Source: an uncultured Gemmatimonadales bacterium (GTDB lineage: Bacteria > Gemmatimonadota > Gemmatimonadetes > Gemmatimonadales > GWC2-71-9). Taken from it: DNA of 64,000 nucleotides. A program made the translations under genes and the position numbers. Below, in pieces: positions 1-8,593 of this stretch. The stretch lies in NCBI GenBank assembly GCA_963798915.1, contig CAWCVB010000002.1, forward strand, positions 672,001-736,000, read 5' to 3'. Under the pieces are notes generated by a model, which was given only the letters and a program-made list of their open reading frames with translations, made no database searches and had not been told where the DNA came from. The first letter of the stretch is position 1. Each line of letters starts with the position of its first letter.

Positions 1-80
1 CGTTCGGTGCGCGTGAACTGGTCGCCTCGGCAGTGATCATTGCCGGCGTGGCCATGATCATCAGTACCCGCCGGCGCTAG
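1..80 (+). CDS. 3' end of a probable EamA/DMT-family transporter (partial)
   Basis: Frame from base 3 reads FGARELVASAVIIAGVAMIISTRRR*, a typical last TM helix plus basic tail of DMT proteins. Confidence 0.5.
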   Translation, partial: FGARELVASAVIIAGVAMIISTRRR

Positions 81-834
81 CGGCGCCGGGCTCGCGCGCC
101 TTTCCGGCCGAGCAACCATTCGCGTCGACCTTATCGCCAGCCGGAGTGGCAGGGCAGGCATCGTTGATGTCAATCACGCCGTCGCCATCGGTATCCCGGC
201 GTCGCACGCAGCCGATCCCGTCCACCGTCGCACCGGGCGCCGTTCCTGGGCAGGCATCATCCCCGTTGCGAACGCCGTCGGCGTCGTCGTCAGCACCGGG
301 CCCGGCTCCGCCGGCCCGGCCCGGAAAATACGACAATCCAAGAGTGGCGCCGAGGTTCCCGTACGAGGGGCTGCCAGCCTGGGTGATCATGACCCAGTCC
401 CACGTGCCGCTCAGGCGCAGCATGACCCGGGACGTGATGCCGAAGCGTGCGCCCGCCGCGGTGCCGAGACCAAGGTTTGTGGCGGCGAGATCCTTGCCGT
501 AGAGGTCCAGGACAGGACCGGTGCCAAGGAAGGCGGACAAGCGCTCCGAGAAGGGCAGGTTGAGCAGGATGCGCAGGTGCACCGGGACATGAGAGCCGGT
601 GAGGGCGCCCACGTCGCTGCTCGACCAGGAGCCATCGGCATCAATGGAGAGCACCGGAGACAGGTAATACGCGGCGAGGACGCCGGGGCCGGCCGCATCG
701 CCCAGCCCGATGTCGGAGGAATAGTGCGTGTAGCGGGCGAACACGCCCGCTTCGATGGCGTGGGGCTGCTGCGCCAGGAGCGGCGGGGCGACGATACTCA
801 GGACGGCAATGGCATGGATGGCGTATCGGCTCAC
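61..834 (-). CDS. Outer-membrane beta-barrel protein with thrombospondin type-3-like Ca-binding repeats (OmpA-like, no C-terminal PG-binding domain)
   Basis: Signal peptide; amphipathic beta strands ending LGLSYF; DDDADGVRNGDDACPGT and DTDGDGVIDINDACPAT repeats. Confidence 0.8.
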   Translation of the reverse strand: MSRYAIHAIAVLSIVAPPLLAQQPHAIEAGVFARYTHYSSDIGLGDAAGPGVLAAYYLSPVLSIDADGSWSSSDVGALTGSHVPVHLRILLNLPFSERLSAFLGTGPVLDLYGKDLAATNLGLGTAAGARFGITSRVMLRLSGTWDWVMITQAGSPSYGNLGATLGLSYFPGRAGGAGPGADDDADGVRNGDDACPGTAPGATVDGIGCVRRRDTDGDGVIDINDACPATPAGDKVDANGCSAGKAREPGAASAGGY

Positions 835-948
835 GATGGTGCCCCGGGCATGGATGCGATTGACAAGTTAGCGGCGTCGCATCCCGAATGGCGAACCGCC
901 TCCCGGCACTGCCGGGAGGCGGTTCGATCGTTCGGTGCGGCGGGTGAC

Positions 949-2247
949 TTACTGCAGGCGGACCAGCTCGGTCCGGCGGTTACGCGCCCGCCCAGCCTTG
1001 GTGGAATTGGACGCCACCGGGCGATCCCATGCATAACCCTTGGTGGTCATGCGATCGGCGGCGATACCCTTGCTTACGAGATAATTCTTGACCGCATCAG
1101 CGCGCTGCTGCGAAAGGCGCTCGTTCAGCGCACGCGGCCCGGTATTGTCAGTATGCCCCGCGACCTCGACCCGCACGTTGGGGTTCTCGGAGAGCGTGGC
1201 CGCAACTTCGTCGAGGATGAAGCGAGAACTCTGCGTCAGCGTGGAGGTGCCGGTGGCGAAATTGACACCCGGCAGGGTCACGTTGGCGTTGGCATTTGCC
1301 GTCAGCTTGGCCAGGCTGTCGCGCAGGGCGTCGATCTGGCTGCGGCTGATGCCCGCGGCCATGGCCGCGCTGTCACGCGCCGCCTGGGCAGCGGCTCGCT
1401 CAGCGGCTGCGATGGAATCGGCGCGGGCGCGCTCAACCTTGGCGATCGAGTCGGCACGAGCCCGCTCAGCGGCGGCGATGGAATCTTCACGCGCCTTGGC
1501 GGCAGCGGCCTGTGCGGCAGCGGCCTGCGCCGCGTTGATGGAATCCTGATTGACCGGCGGGCACCCCGAGGCGTTGACTTCGCTGCCACGCGGTGAGTCG
1601 GGACACTGGTCAATGTCGTCCTTCACGCCGTCCTTGTCGGCATCGCCCACACGGCCCATACCGGCATTGTTGCCGAAGAGCCAGGACAGACCGGCGGTGA
1701 AGCCCCAGTGCTGGTCGGTCGTATCGGGCGCCGAGTTCAGGGCAAAGTTTGGATCGCCCATCAGGCCCATGAAGTCCAGGGTGCCGTCAACCCGGACGGA
1801 CAGGCGGCTGCCGAGCCCAAACCGAAAGCCGGCAATGGCGCCGGGGCCGGTCTCGTCACCTTCGGCAGAAATGCCCGGGATGGAATCGCCGCGATCCCAG
1901 TACTTGTTGAAGACGTAGCGGCCGCCAAGGAACATGGCGGCATGCTCGCCCAAGGGGATATGCCCAAGCAGCTCAGCCGCGGCGTTCAGGGCGTCCACCC
2001 GGCCATTGCGGAGGTCATAGCGCGTGGGCGTATAGGCCGCGCTCACGTCGAGTTCAATCCCACCCACGGGGAAGATGCCCAGGCGCAAGCCACCGCCAGT
2101 GCGATCGGCGAGACCGTAGCTGGTTCCGTACCAGTTCTTGCGCGCGAACAAGCCGAACTCAACCGTGCCCGCCCCCTGGGCACTCGCCGCGGGCGCGAGC
2201 AGCGCCGCCAGCAGCCCGGACAGTACAAGGCCTCGAAGCTTCATCAT
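949..2247 (-). CDS. OmpA family protein (beta-barrel + TSP3 repeat + Ala-rich linker + OmpA_C domain)
   Basis: Start MMKLRGLVLSG after GGAG; DADKDGVKDDIDQCPDS; VNFATG...AGHTDNTG...NERLSQQRA...NRRTE OmpA_C motifs. Confidence 0.9.
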   Translation of the reverse strand: MMKLRGLVLSGLLAALLAPAASAQGAGTVEFGLFARKNWYGTSYGLADRTGGGLRLGIFPVGGIELDVSAAYTPTRYDLRNGRVDALNAAAELLGHIPLGEHAAMFLGGRYVFNKYWDRGDSIPGISAEGDETGPGAIAGFRFGLGSRLSVRVDGTLDFMGLMGDPNFALNSAPDTTDQHWGFTAGLSWLFGNNAGMGRVGDADKDGVKDDIDQCPDSPRGSEVNASGCPPVNQDSINAAQAAAAQAAAAKAREDSIAAAERARADSIAKVERARADSIAAAERAAAQAARDSAAMAAGISRSQIDALRDSLAKLTANANANVTLPGVNFATGTSTLTQSSRFILDEVAATLSENPNVRVEVAGHTDNTGPRALNERLSQQRADAVKNYLVSKGIAADRMTTKGYAWDRPVASNSTKAGRARNRRTELVRLQ

Positions 2248-2746
2248 GCACTCCGCTGGAAAAGTTGAAAACGTGGCGGACACGCCCGCCCCTGATCAGT
2301 GCTGCTGCAACTTGCGCTGCCTATCCATGCATCGCGGTGAGGCGTCTCACGCATGCAACGCCTCACCCTCCAGTGCTGCCGACGGAAACCGCCGAAGAAA
2401 AAATCCGCCTCGAAGCCTCGCAAAAGGCACGGCGACAAGGGTTTCCCCGTCGGGTAGTAAGATACACCTCCTCTCCCGAAAGTCGAGATTACGGGGCCGA
2501 GCCGGTGAGGTCGTCCGGATGATGAAACATTGGGACGGCTGCCGCCCGGCCCGCGCCGGTCGCCTGAGCGGCCGATCCCCCGGCGCTTTCGGTATTTGTT
2601 CTCTGACGGAACCGGGCCCATCCCCCAATATGGAGTTGGTGCGTTCGGCCGGGTCGTGGCCTGTGCCGGCGAGTGGCGCCTCCAACCATCATTCCTGTTG
2701 CCGGCGCCGTGCCACGCGCCGGCCCGGCCGCATGAGGGACTATGTG

Positions 2747-3058
2747 ATGACCACCATTGCCCTCGAGCAGGAGCGCCTGCTGGTTGCCGAGCGCATCCTG
2801 CACGAAACAGAACGGCGACACGGCCTTCCCTTTTCCGACCACCCCGACCTCCAACCAGCAGTCATCGACCGTTTCCTCGTGGCGTACCTTCCCGAGACCC
2901 GGGATGGCGAACCCGCGCCCGTCACGGTCGAGTATGCCTTCACCAGTTCGATTACCGACGCCGTCGAGTTGCTGCGGCGGGTGGTGGATGAATCCCCTGA
3001 TGGCTGGGGAAGCGCCGCCTACGTTCACGACCTCGACACCGGCACCGGCACGCGTTGA
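2747..3058 (+). CDS. Hypothetical protein (~103 aa)
   Basis: GAGGG upstream of ATG 2747; protein-like composition confined to the 3' third of the 2138..3058 ORF. Confidence 0.55.
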   Translation: MTTIALEQERLLVAERILHETERRHGLPFSDHPDLQPAVIDRFLVAYLPETRDGEPAPVTVEYAFTSSITDAVELLRRVVDESPDGWGSAAYVHDLDTGTGTR

Positions 3059-3161
3059 ATCCAGCGGCATGAATCGCCCTGTTGGCTGACCGGACCGGAA
3101 CGCCAATCCCTGTCCGGTCGCCGATGCGGCAACACACGAACCCACCCACCCCGACTCTCCC

Positions 3162-4100
3162 ATGAGAACAGGCAGTCTTGCGGCAGCGATCGTTACGCTT
3201 GCGGCAGCGCCGCTCACCGCCCAGCAGGGCACCTCCGCCGCGCTGGTCCTGCGGCTGGCGGCCATCCCGGCCCCCCTTGGCTACGAGAAGCGCCTGGCCG
3301 ACACGCTCGCCGCTCTCCTGCCGCGCGCGACGCTCGACCGCGCCGGCAACGTCATTGTGACGCTCGGGAGCGGGCAACCCCGGCGCATGATCGCGTGCCC
3401 AATGGATGAGCCGGGCTGGGTGGTTGGCGGCATTCGGGAGGATGGCTACCTGACCGTTCGGCGCCTGCCTGGTCGCACACCCGCACTGTTCGACCAGCAG
3501 GCCGAAGGACAGCGCATCACCCTGCTCGGCACCCATGGCGACTTGCCTGGCGTGGTGGGCGTCCGCTCCGTACATCTGACGCGCGGCCGGGCCAGCAGCG
3601 ACAGTCCGTTCACCGCGGATGACGCTTTTGTGGATGTGGGCGCCAGTTCAGCGGACGAGGCCCGGGCACTTGGAGTCCGAGTCACCACCCCCTTCGTCCT
3701 CAGCAAGGCCCCGCTCCGCTATGGCGCCAACCTCGCCGCGGCACCGTCCATCGGCACCAGGGCGGCCTGCGCCGCCCTGGTCCGGGCGGCTTCGGCCCGG
3801 TCCCGGGGCACGGTCGTGCTCGCGTTCGTGGTGGAGCAGGGCCTCTCTGCACGCGGGCTGCTCGCCGCCGCAACCATGCACGGGCCCTTCGCCGAGACCC
3901 TGATCCTCGGTGCCGCGCCCGGCGACAGCGCCGTCCATGCTGATTCGCTGCCCCGCCTCCGTCAGGGAGCGGGGCTCGGCCACGTCAGGGTGTGGCGCCT
4001 TCGCGATCGATTCGATGGCTGGGCGGTGGAAACCGTGGCGCTGGACGACGTGGACCTGCTCCAAGCGCGCTTGCGCGCGTGGATCGGGGGCGCGCCATGA
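3162..4100 (+). CDS. M42 (TET) peptidase homologue, metal ligands lost, with signal peptide
   Basis: M42 fold motifs (DRAGNVIV, CPMDEPGWVV, FVDVGA) present, but His, Asp-Asp, Glu-Glu and the C-terminal His are replaced. Confidence 0.8.
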   Translation: MRTGSLAAAIVTLAAAPLTAQQGTSAALVLRLAAIPAPLGYEKRLADTLAALLPRATLDRAGNVIVTLGSGQPRRMIACPMDEPGWVVGGIREDGYLTVRRLPGRTPALFDQQAEGQRITLLGTHGDLPGVVGVRSVHLTRGRASSDSPFTADDAFVDVGASSADEARALGVRVTTPFVLSKAPLRYGANLAAAPSIGTRAACAALVRAASARSRGTVVLAFVVEQGLSARGLLAAATMHGPFAETLILGAAPGDSAVHADSLPRLRQGAGLGHVRVWRLRDRFDGWAVETVALDDVDLLQARLRAWIGGAP

Positions 4101-5182
4101 CTCGCTTTGGACTGACAGCCATGATGCTCGCAAGCGTCGTGTCATCGCTCGCCGGGCAGGGTGCTCCCGTGAATGAGGCCGAGTCGGTGCTCCGGACGCT
4201 GGTGGAGAGCTACGGGCCGTCCGGCGCCGAAGCGCCGGTGCGAGACGCCGTGAAGCGATTGCTGCCGTCCGGCCTGCATACCGAAACGGACAGTGCAGGC
4301 AATCTGTGGGTGCGCTTTGGCCGGGGGCCGTCCCCCACGGTGTTCGTGGCACATCTCGACGAGATCGGCTGGCGCGTCACGGACATCAATGCCGACGGCA
4401 CGCTCTCGCTGGAGCGCCTTGGCGGATTCTTCCCCTCGCTCTATGAAGGGAAACCGGCGCTGATCCACACGCCGGCGGGCCCGGTCAGCGCCGTCTTCAT
4501 GCCACGTGATTCGGTTGGCCGGCGACCAGACCGGACCCCGGAGGCGATCCGGGTGGATCCAGGCACCGGTTCTGCCGCAGCCAGCCGCCAGAAGGGCATC
4601 GCCGTCGGCAGTACCGTGACCATGCCCAAGTCGTATCAGCGGCTCGCCGGCACCCGGGCAACCGGACGTTCCTTCGATGACCGGGTCGGCTGCACCGCGC
4701 TGATCCTGGCCGCGCGGCGCCTCGCCGACCGCCCGCCGGCACATCCGGTGGTGTTCATCTGGAGTGTGCGCGAAGAGGTGGGCCTCGAAGGTGCCGCCGT
4801 CGCGGCCGATGCCCTGGGTGTCGGTGTCTCCCGGGTGCACGCAGTGGATACCTTTGTCTCCGCCGACGCGCCGCTGGAACTTCCGGCCTACGGGCTCGCG
4901 CCCCTGGGGGCGGGCGCGGTGATCCGGGCCGTAGACAACAGCAACGTGGCGCCCGCCGCGCTGGTGGACTCGGTACTTGCCCTGGCAGCGCGTGAGGAGA
5001 TTCCCCTCCAGTTCGGCGCCACCAGTGGCGGCAACGACGGATCGGTCTTCGCGCCATGGGGAGTGCCGGACATTCCGCTGGCGTGGCCACTGCGCTACTC
5101 GCATTCGCCAGTCGAGGTGGTGGACCTCAAGGATGTGGTGGCACTGGGCCGGCTGGTGGAGGCGCTGGCGCGCCAGGAGTAA
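4097..5182 (+). CDS. M42 family metallo-aminopeptidase with signal peptide
   Basis: AHLDEIG, SFDDRVG, VREEVG, AVDT and RYSHSPVE all intact; ATGA overlap with the upstream paralogue. Confidence 0.9.
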   Translation: MTRFGLTAMMLASVVSSLAGQGAPVNEAESVLRTLVESYGPSGAEAPVRDAVKRLLPSGLHTETDSAGNLWVRFGRGPSPTVFVAHLDEIGWRVTDINADGTLSLERLGGFFPSLYEGKPALIHTPAGPVSAVFMPRDSVGRRPDRTPEAIRVDPGTGSAAASRQKGIAVGSTVTMPKSYQRLAGTRATGRSFDDRVGCTALILAARRLADRPPAHPVVFIWSVREEVGLEGAAVAADALGVGVSRVHAVDTFVSADAPLELPAYGLAPLGAGAVIRAVDNSNVAPAALVDSVLALAAREEIPLQFGATSGGNDGSVFAPWGVPDIPLAWPLRYSHSPVEVVDLKDVVALGRLVEALARQE

Positions 5183-5201
5183 GCGGCCCGCGAGCCGCGA
5201 C

Positions 5202-5238
5202 TTGCGACATCCCGATCCCGTCTGCATATTTATGCATT
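5202..5238 (+). promoter_or_regulatory. sigma70-like promoter (TTGCGA-17-CATATT) overlapped by an ARG box (TGCATATTTATGCA)
   Basis: AT-rich palindrome at 5223-5236 directly before argG, in an operon that ends in argR. Confidence 0.8.
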
Positions 5239-6465
5239 ATGCAGAAACGCCCGATTGTCGCCCTCGCCTTCTCCGGCGGCCTGGATACCTCCTACTGCGT
5301 CCCTGTTCTCGCCGAGGCGGGCTACGACGTCCACACCGTCTTCGTCAACACGGGCGGCGCCTCCGCCGCCGACCGGGAGGCCATTGACCGCCAGGCCCGC
5401 GCGGTCGGCGCGGTCCAGCACCATGAAGTCGATGCCCGCGAAGCGGTGTTCGATCGCTTTGTCCGTTTTCTGATCCAGGGCAACGTGCTCCGCGGTGAGG
5501 TCTACCCGCTGTCCGTTGCCGCCGAGCGCACCCAGCAGGCCATGTCCGTCATCGGCATCGCGCGCGCCGTCGGCGCACGGGCGGTGGCGCATGGTTCCAC
5601 CGGCGCCGGCAACGACCAGATCCGCTTTGACATCGCCCTTCGGGTGCTGGCTCCGGAACTCGCCATCATCACGCCCATTCGCGAGCAGGCGGTCAGGCGT
5701 GAGGAATCCATCGCCTATCTCGAGGTGCGGGGCCTTCCGGTGCCGGCCCGGGCATCAGCGTACTCCATCAATCGCGGGCTCTGGGGCACCACCTGGGGCG
5801 GCGGCTGGACCCACGACACCTGGGCTGGCCCGCCGCCCGAATTGATCGAGCCACCTGCCGACGCGCCAGCACCGACCGAACTGGAGTTGGGCTGGGACCG
5901 GGGACTACCGGTGACGCTCGATGGAGCCAACCTGGCGGGGGCCGAACTGGTCGACCGTCTGGGTGCCATCGCCGAGTCGTACGGCATCGGCCGCTCGATT
6001 CACGTCGGCGAAACCGCGCTTGGCATCAAGGGTCGGATCGGATTCGAGGCGGGTGCCGCGCTGCTGCTGATCGGGGCGCACCGCGAGCTGGAGAAGCTGG
6101 TGCTCACTCGCTGGCAGGCGTTCTGGAAGGATCAGCTGGGCCGTTTCTATGGTGACCGGCTGCACGAGGGGCAGTACTTCGATCCGGCGCTGCGCGACAT
6201 CGAGGCGATGGTCACCAGCTCACAGCAGCGCGTCAGCGGCGAGACCCGAGTGCGCCTTTGGCCCGGCCGGTTTCAGGTGGTCGGTACCCGCAGTCCGTAC
6301 TCCATGATGGACCCGGGCGTCGCGACGTACGGCGAGGAGAACCGGCTCTGGACCGGTGAGGAAGCCCGCGACTTTGCGCGGGTATCGGCCATTCCGTCCT
6401 TGCTGGCCGTGCGTGCGGCCGAGCACAGCAAGGCGGCTGGGGCGGAGGCGACATCATGGTCGTGA
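5239..6465 (+). CDS. argG: Argininosuccinate synthase
   Basis: LAFSGGLDTS, AHGSTGAGNDQIRF, GIKGRIGFE. Confidence 0.95.
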   Translation: MQKRPIVALAFSGGLDTSYCVPVLAEAGYDVHTVFVNTGGASAADREAIDRQARAVGAVQHHEVDAREAVFDRFVRFLIQGNVLRGEVYPLSVAAERTQQAMSVIGIARAVGARAVAHGSTGAGNDQIRFDIALRVLAPELAIITPIREQAVRREESIAYLEVRGLPVPARASAYSINRGLWGTTWGGGWTHDTWAGPPPELIEPPADAPAPTELELGWDRGLPVTLDGANLAGAELVDRLGAIAESYGIGRSIHVGETALGIKGRIGFEAGAALLLIGAHRELEKLVLTRWQAFWKDQLGRFYGDRLHEGQYFDPALRDIEAMVTSSQQRVSGETRVRLWPGRFQVVGTRSPYSMMDPGVATYGEENRLWTGEEARDFARVSAIPSLLAVRAAEHSKAAGAEATSWS

Positions 6466-7547
6466 CCACGCGCGTCCGGCTGGATCGAATCGCGTCCAGC
6501 ACCCGCAATGCCCAGCTGGCTTCCGAAGTGATTATCGGGAACGAAATCGTGGCGCAGGAAGGCTACGTGCTGGCGGTGCGCATCCTGGCCGACAAGGCCA
6601 GCTACAACACGCTCGAAGACCTGAGCGGGCGCATGGTCTCGCTGCGCGGGGGAGACGTCATCGCGGGTGTGCTGGGTGCGCGCCGGGCACTGCGCGGGTA
6701 CGCCGGCGAGGTGCCCCGGCACGTCGCTGCGGGCGACACCATCCAGGTGCTCAATCTCGGCGGCATCCTGGGGCGCTGCACCTCGGAAAATCCCGACATA
6801 GGTCCGCCCTTCGATGCCGAGGTGCTGGGCGCCGTGCTGACCTTTCCGGCGTTGGGTGACCGGGTGGGCCGGCCGGCCCACATCCGCGACCGCGCGGTTC
6901 CGCCGGCCGATCGCCTGGAGAGCAGGGTGCCGGTCGTCTACGTCGCGGGCACCTGCATGAACGCCGGGAAGACGGTCGCTGCAACCGAGCTCGTGCGCGG
7001 GCTCGCGCGGGGCGGGCTCAAGGTGGCAGCCGCCAAGCTGACCGGAGTCTCGCTGATGCGCGACGCGCTGTCGATGCAGGATGCCGGCGCGTTGTCGGCG
7101 CTCACGTTCAACGATGTGGGAATTGCAACCACGCATCCGGGCGTGACGGTGGCCACAGCCAAGGGCGTCTTCAACCGGCTGGCAGCGAGCAAGCCTGATG
7201 TCATCGTTGCCGAGCTGGGCGACGGCATCCTGGGCGAATACGGCGTACAGGATATTCTGGCGGACCCGGAGCTGGCCGCGATCGGCGCCGCCTGGGTCAT
7301 GGCCGCTCCCGACCCGGTCGCCTGCTGGGGTGCTGTGGAACTGATGCGCCGCCAGTTCGGCCTGCCGGTCACGGTGATTACCGGACCGGCCACCGACAAT
7401 GACGTGGGCCGGAGCTACATCCGCGGCTCCCTCGGGTTGCCGGCGCACAACGCCCGTCGTGATGCCGCGGGGCTCCTGGCGGCGGTGCGCGAGAGCCTCG
7501 ACGCGTGGGTTGCGCCGGAGCCGACCACGGCCGGGGCCGAGTCGTGA
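6456..7547 (+). CDS. DUF1611/DgcN-like P-loop protein within the arg operon; candidate N-acetylglutamate synthase
   Basis: AGTCMNAGKT P-loop, AAKLTG...DAGA, ELGDGILG; overlaps both argG and argC. The function is inferred. Confidence 0.75.
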   Translation: MVVTTRVRLDRIASSTRNAQLASEVIIGNEIVAQEGYVLAVRILADKASYNTLEDLSGRMVSLRGGDVIAGVLGARRALRGYAGEVPRHVAAGDTIQVLNLGGILGRCTSENPDIGPPFDAEVLGAVLTFPALGDRVGRPAHIRDRAVPPADRLESRVPVVYVAGTCMNAGKTVAATELVRGLARGGLKVAAAKLTGVSLMRDALSMQDAGALSALTFNDVGIATTHPGVTVATAKGVFNRLAASKPDVIVAELGDGILGEYGVQDILADPELAAIGAAWVMAAPDPVACWGAVELMRRQFGLPVTVITGPATDNDVGRSYIRGSLGLPAHNARRDAAGLLAAVRESLDAWVAPEPTTAGAES

Positions 7548-8593
7548 CCCAGGCCCTGCGCGTGGCGGTTGTCGGAGCCGCGGGTTATGCAGGAGGCGAG
7601 TTGCTTCGCCTGCTGTTGCAGCATCCCCACGTGGGGGAAGTGCTGGCGACGAGCCGCAGCCAGGCGGGCAAGCCCATTGCCGACGTCCATCCTGGTCTCG
7701 CACCACTCACCGAGGCTCGCTTCTCGGGCTTCTCGCCGGGAGAAGCGGCCGATGGCAGGGACGTGGTCTTCCTCGCCCTGGAGCATGGTGAGTCATCCCG
7801 GCTTGCGAGTGAGGTCTTTGCCGCCGGTCCTGGCCTGGTCATCGACCTCGCCGCGGATTTCCGGATCCAGGAGCCGCGTCTCTACGAGCAGTTCTACGGT
7901 CCGCATGCCGCGCCCGACTATGTGCACCGCTTTGCCTACGGTCTGGCCGACGTCGCCGGCACCGGGCTTCGCGGCGCCGCCGCGATCGCGGCACCGGGTT
8001 GTTTTGCGACTGCCGCACAGCTGGCGCTCTGGCCCATCGCACGGGCCGGACTGGCGTGCGAACCCGCCATGTTCGCCATCACCGGATCCAGCGGCGCCGG
8101 CGTGCATCCGCGTCCGACCACGCATCATCCCGCCCGGGCCAACAACGTGTTTGCCTACGCCGTGTTGTCGCACAGGCACGAGGCCGAAGTGCTGGCAAGC
8201 TGGCGCACCTGGACCGGCCGGAGCGACGCCCACGCACGGCTGATGGTCCACGCGGGACCATTCGTCCGCGGGATCTACCTGACGCTGCATGCCCGACTGT
8301 CCGCTGCCGACGCGTCGCGGCTCGAGGCCGCACTGCCACTCTATCGCGAGGCGTACGCCGGCCGGCCCTTTGTGCGAGTGCTTGACCGGGTTCCCGACCT
8401 CACCCAGGCGGTGGGTACCAATTTCGCCTTTATCCACGCCGCCAGGTCCGCGGATGGCCGGGAGCTTCAGGTCGTGGTCGCCGAAGACAACCTGGTGAAG
8501 GGGGCGGGCGGCCAGGCCATCCAGGCCATGAACCTGGCCCTGGGTCTCGATGAGACTGCCGGACTCGAGTCGGTCGGATTCCATCCATGCTGA
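7544..8593 (+). CDS. argC: N-acetyl-gamma-glutamyl-phosphate reductase
   Basis: VVGAAGYAGGEL, IDLAADFR, APGCFAT, DNLVKGAGGQAIQAMN; GTG start at 7544. Confidence 0.95.
   Translation: MTQALRVAVVGAAGYAGGELLRLLLQHPHVGEVLATSRSQAGKPIADVHPGLAPLTEARFSGFSPGEAADGRDVVFLALEHGESSRLASEVFAAGPGLVIDLAADFRIQEPRLYEQFYGPHAAPDYVHRFAYGLADVAGTGLRGAAAIAAPGCFATAAQLALWPIARAGLACEPAMFAITGSSGAGVHPRPTTHHPARANNVFAYAVLSHRHEAEVLASWRTWTGRSDAHARLMVHAGPFVRGIYLTLHARLSAADASRLEAALPLYREAYAGRPFVRVLDRVPDLTQAVGTNFAFIHAARSADGRELQVVVAEDNLVKGAGGQAIQAMNLALGLDETAGLESVGFHPC

Noticed and set aside
2138..2746. N-terminal two-thirds of the 306-aa ORF 2138..3058
   Set aside because: Overlaps ompA and its leader; low-complexity translation
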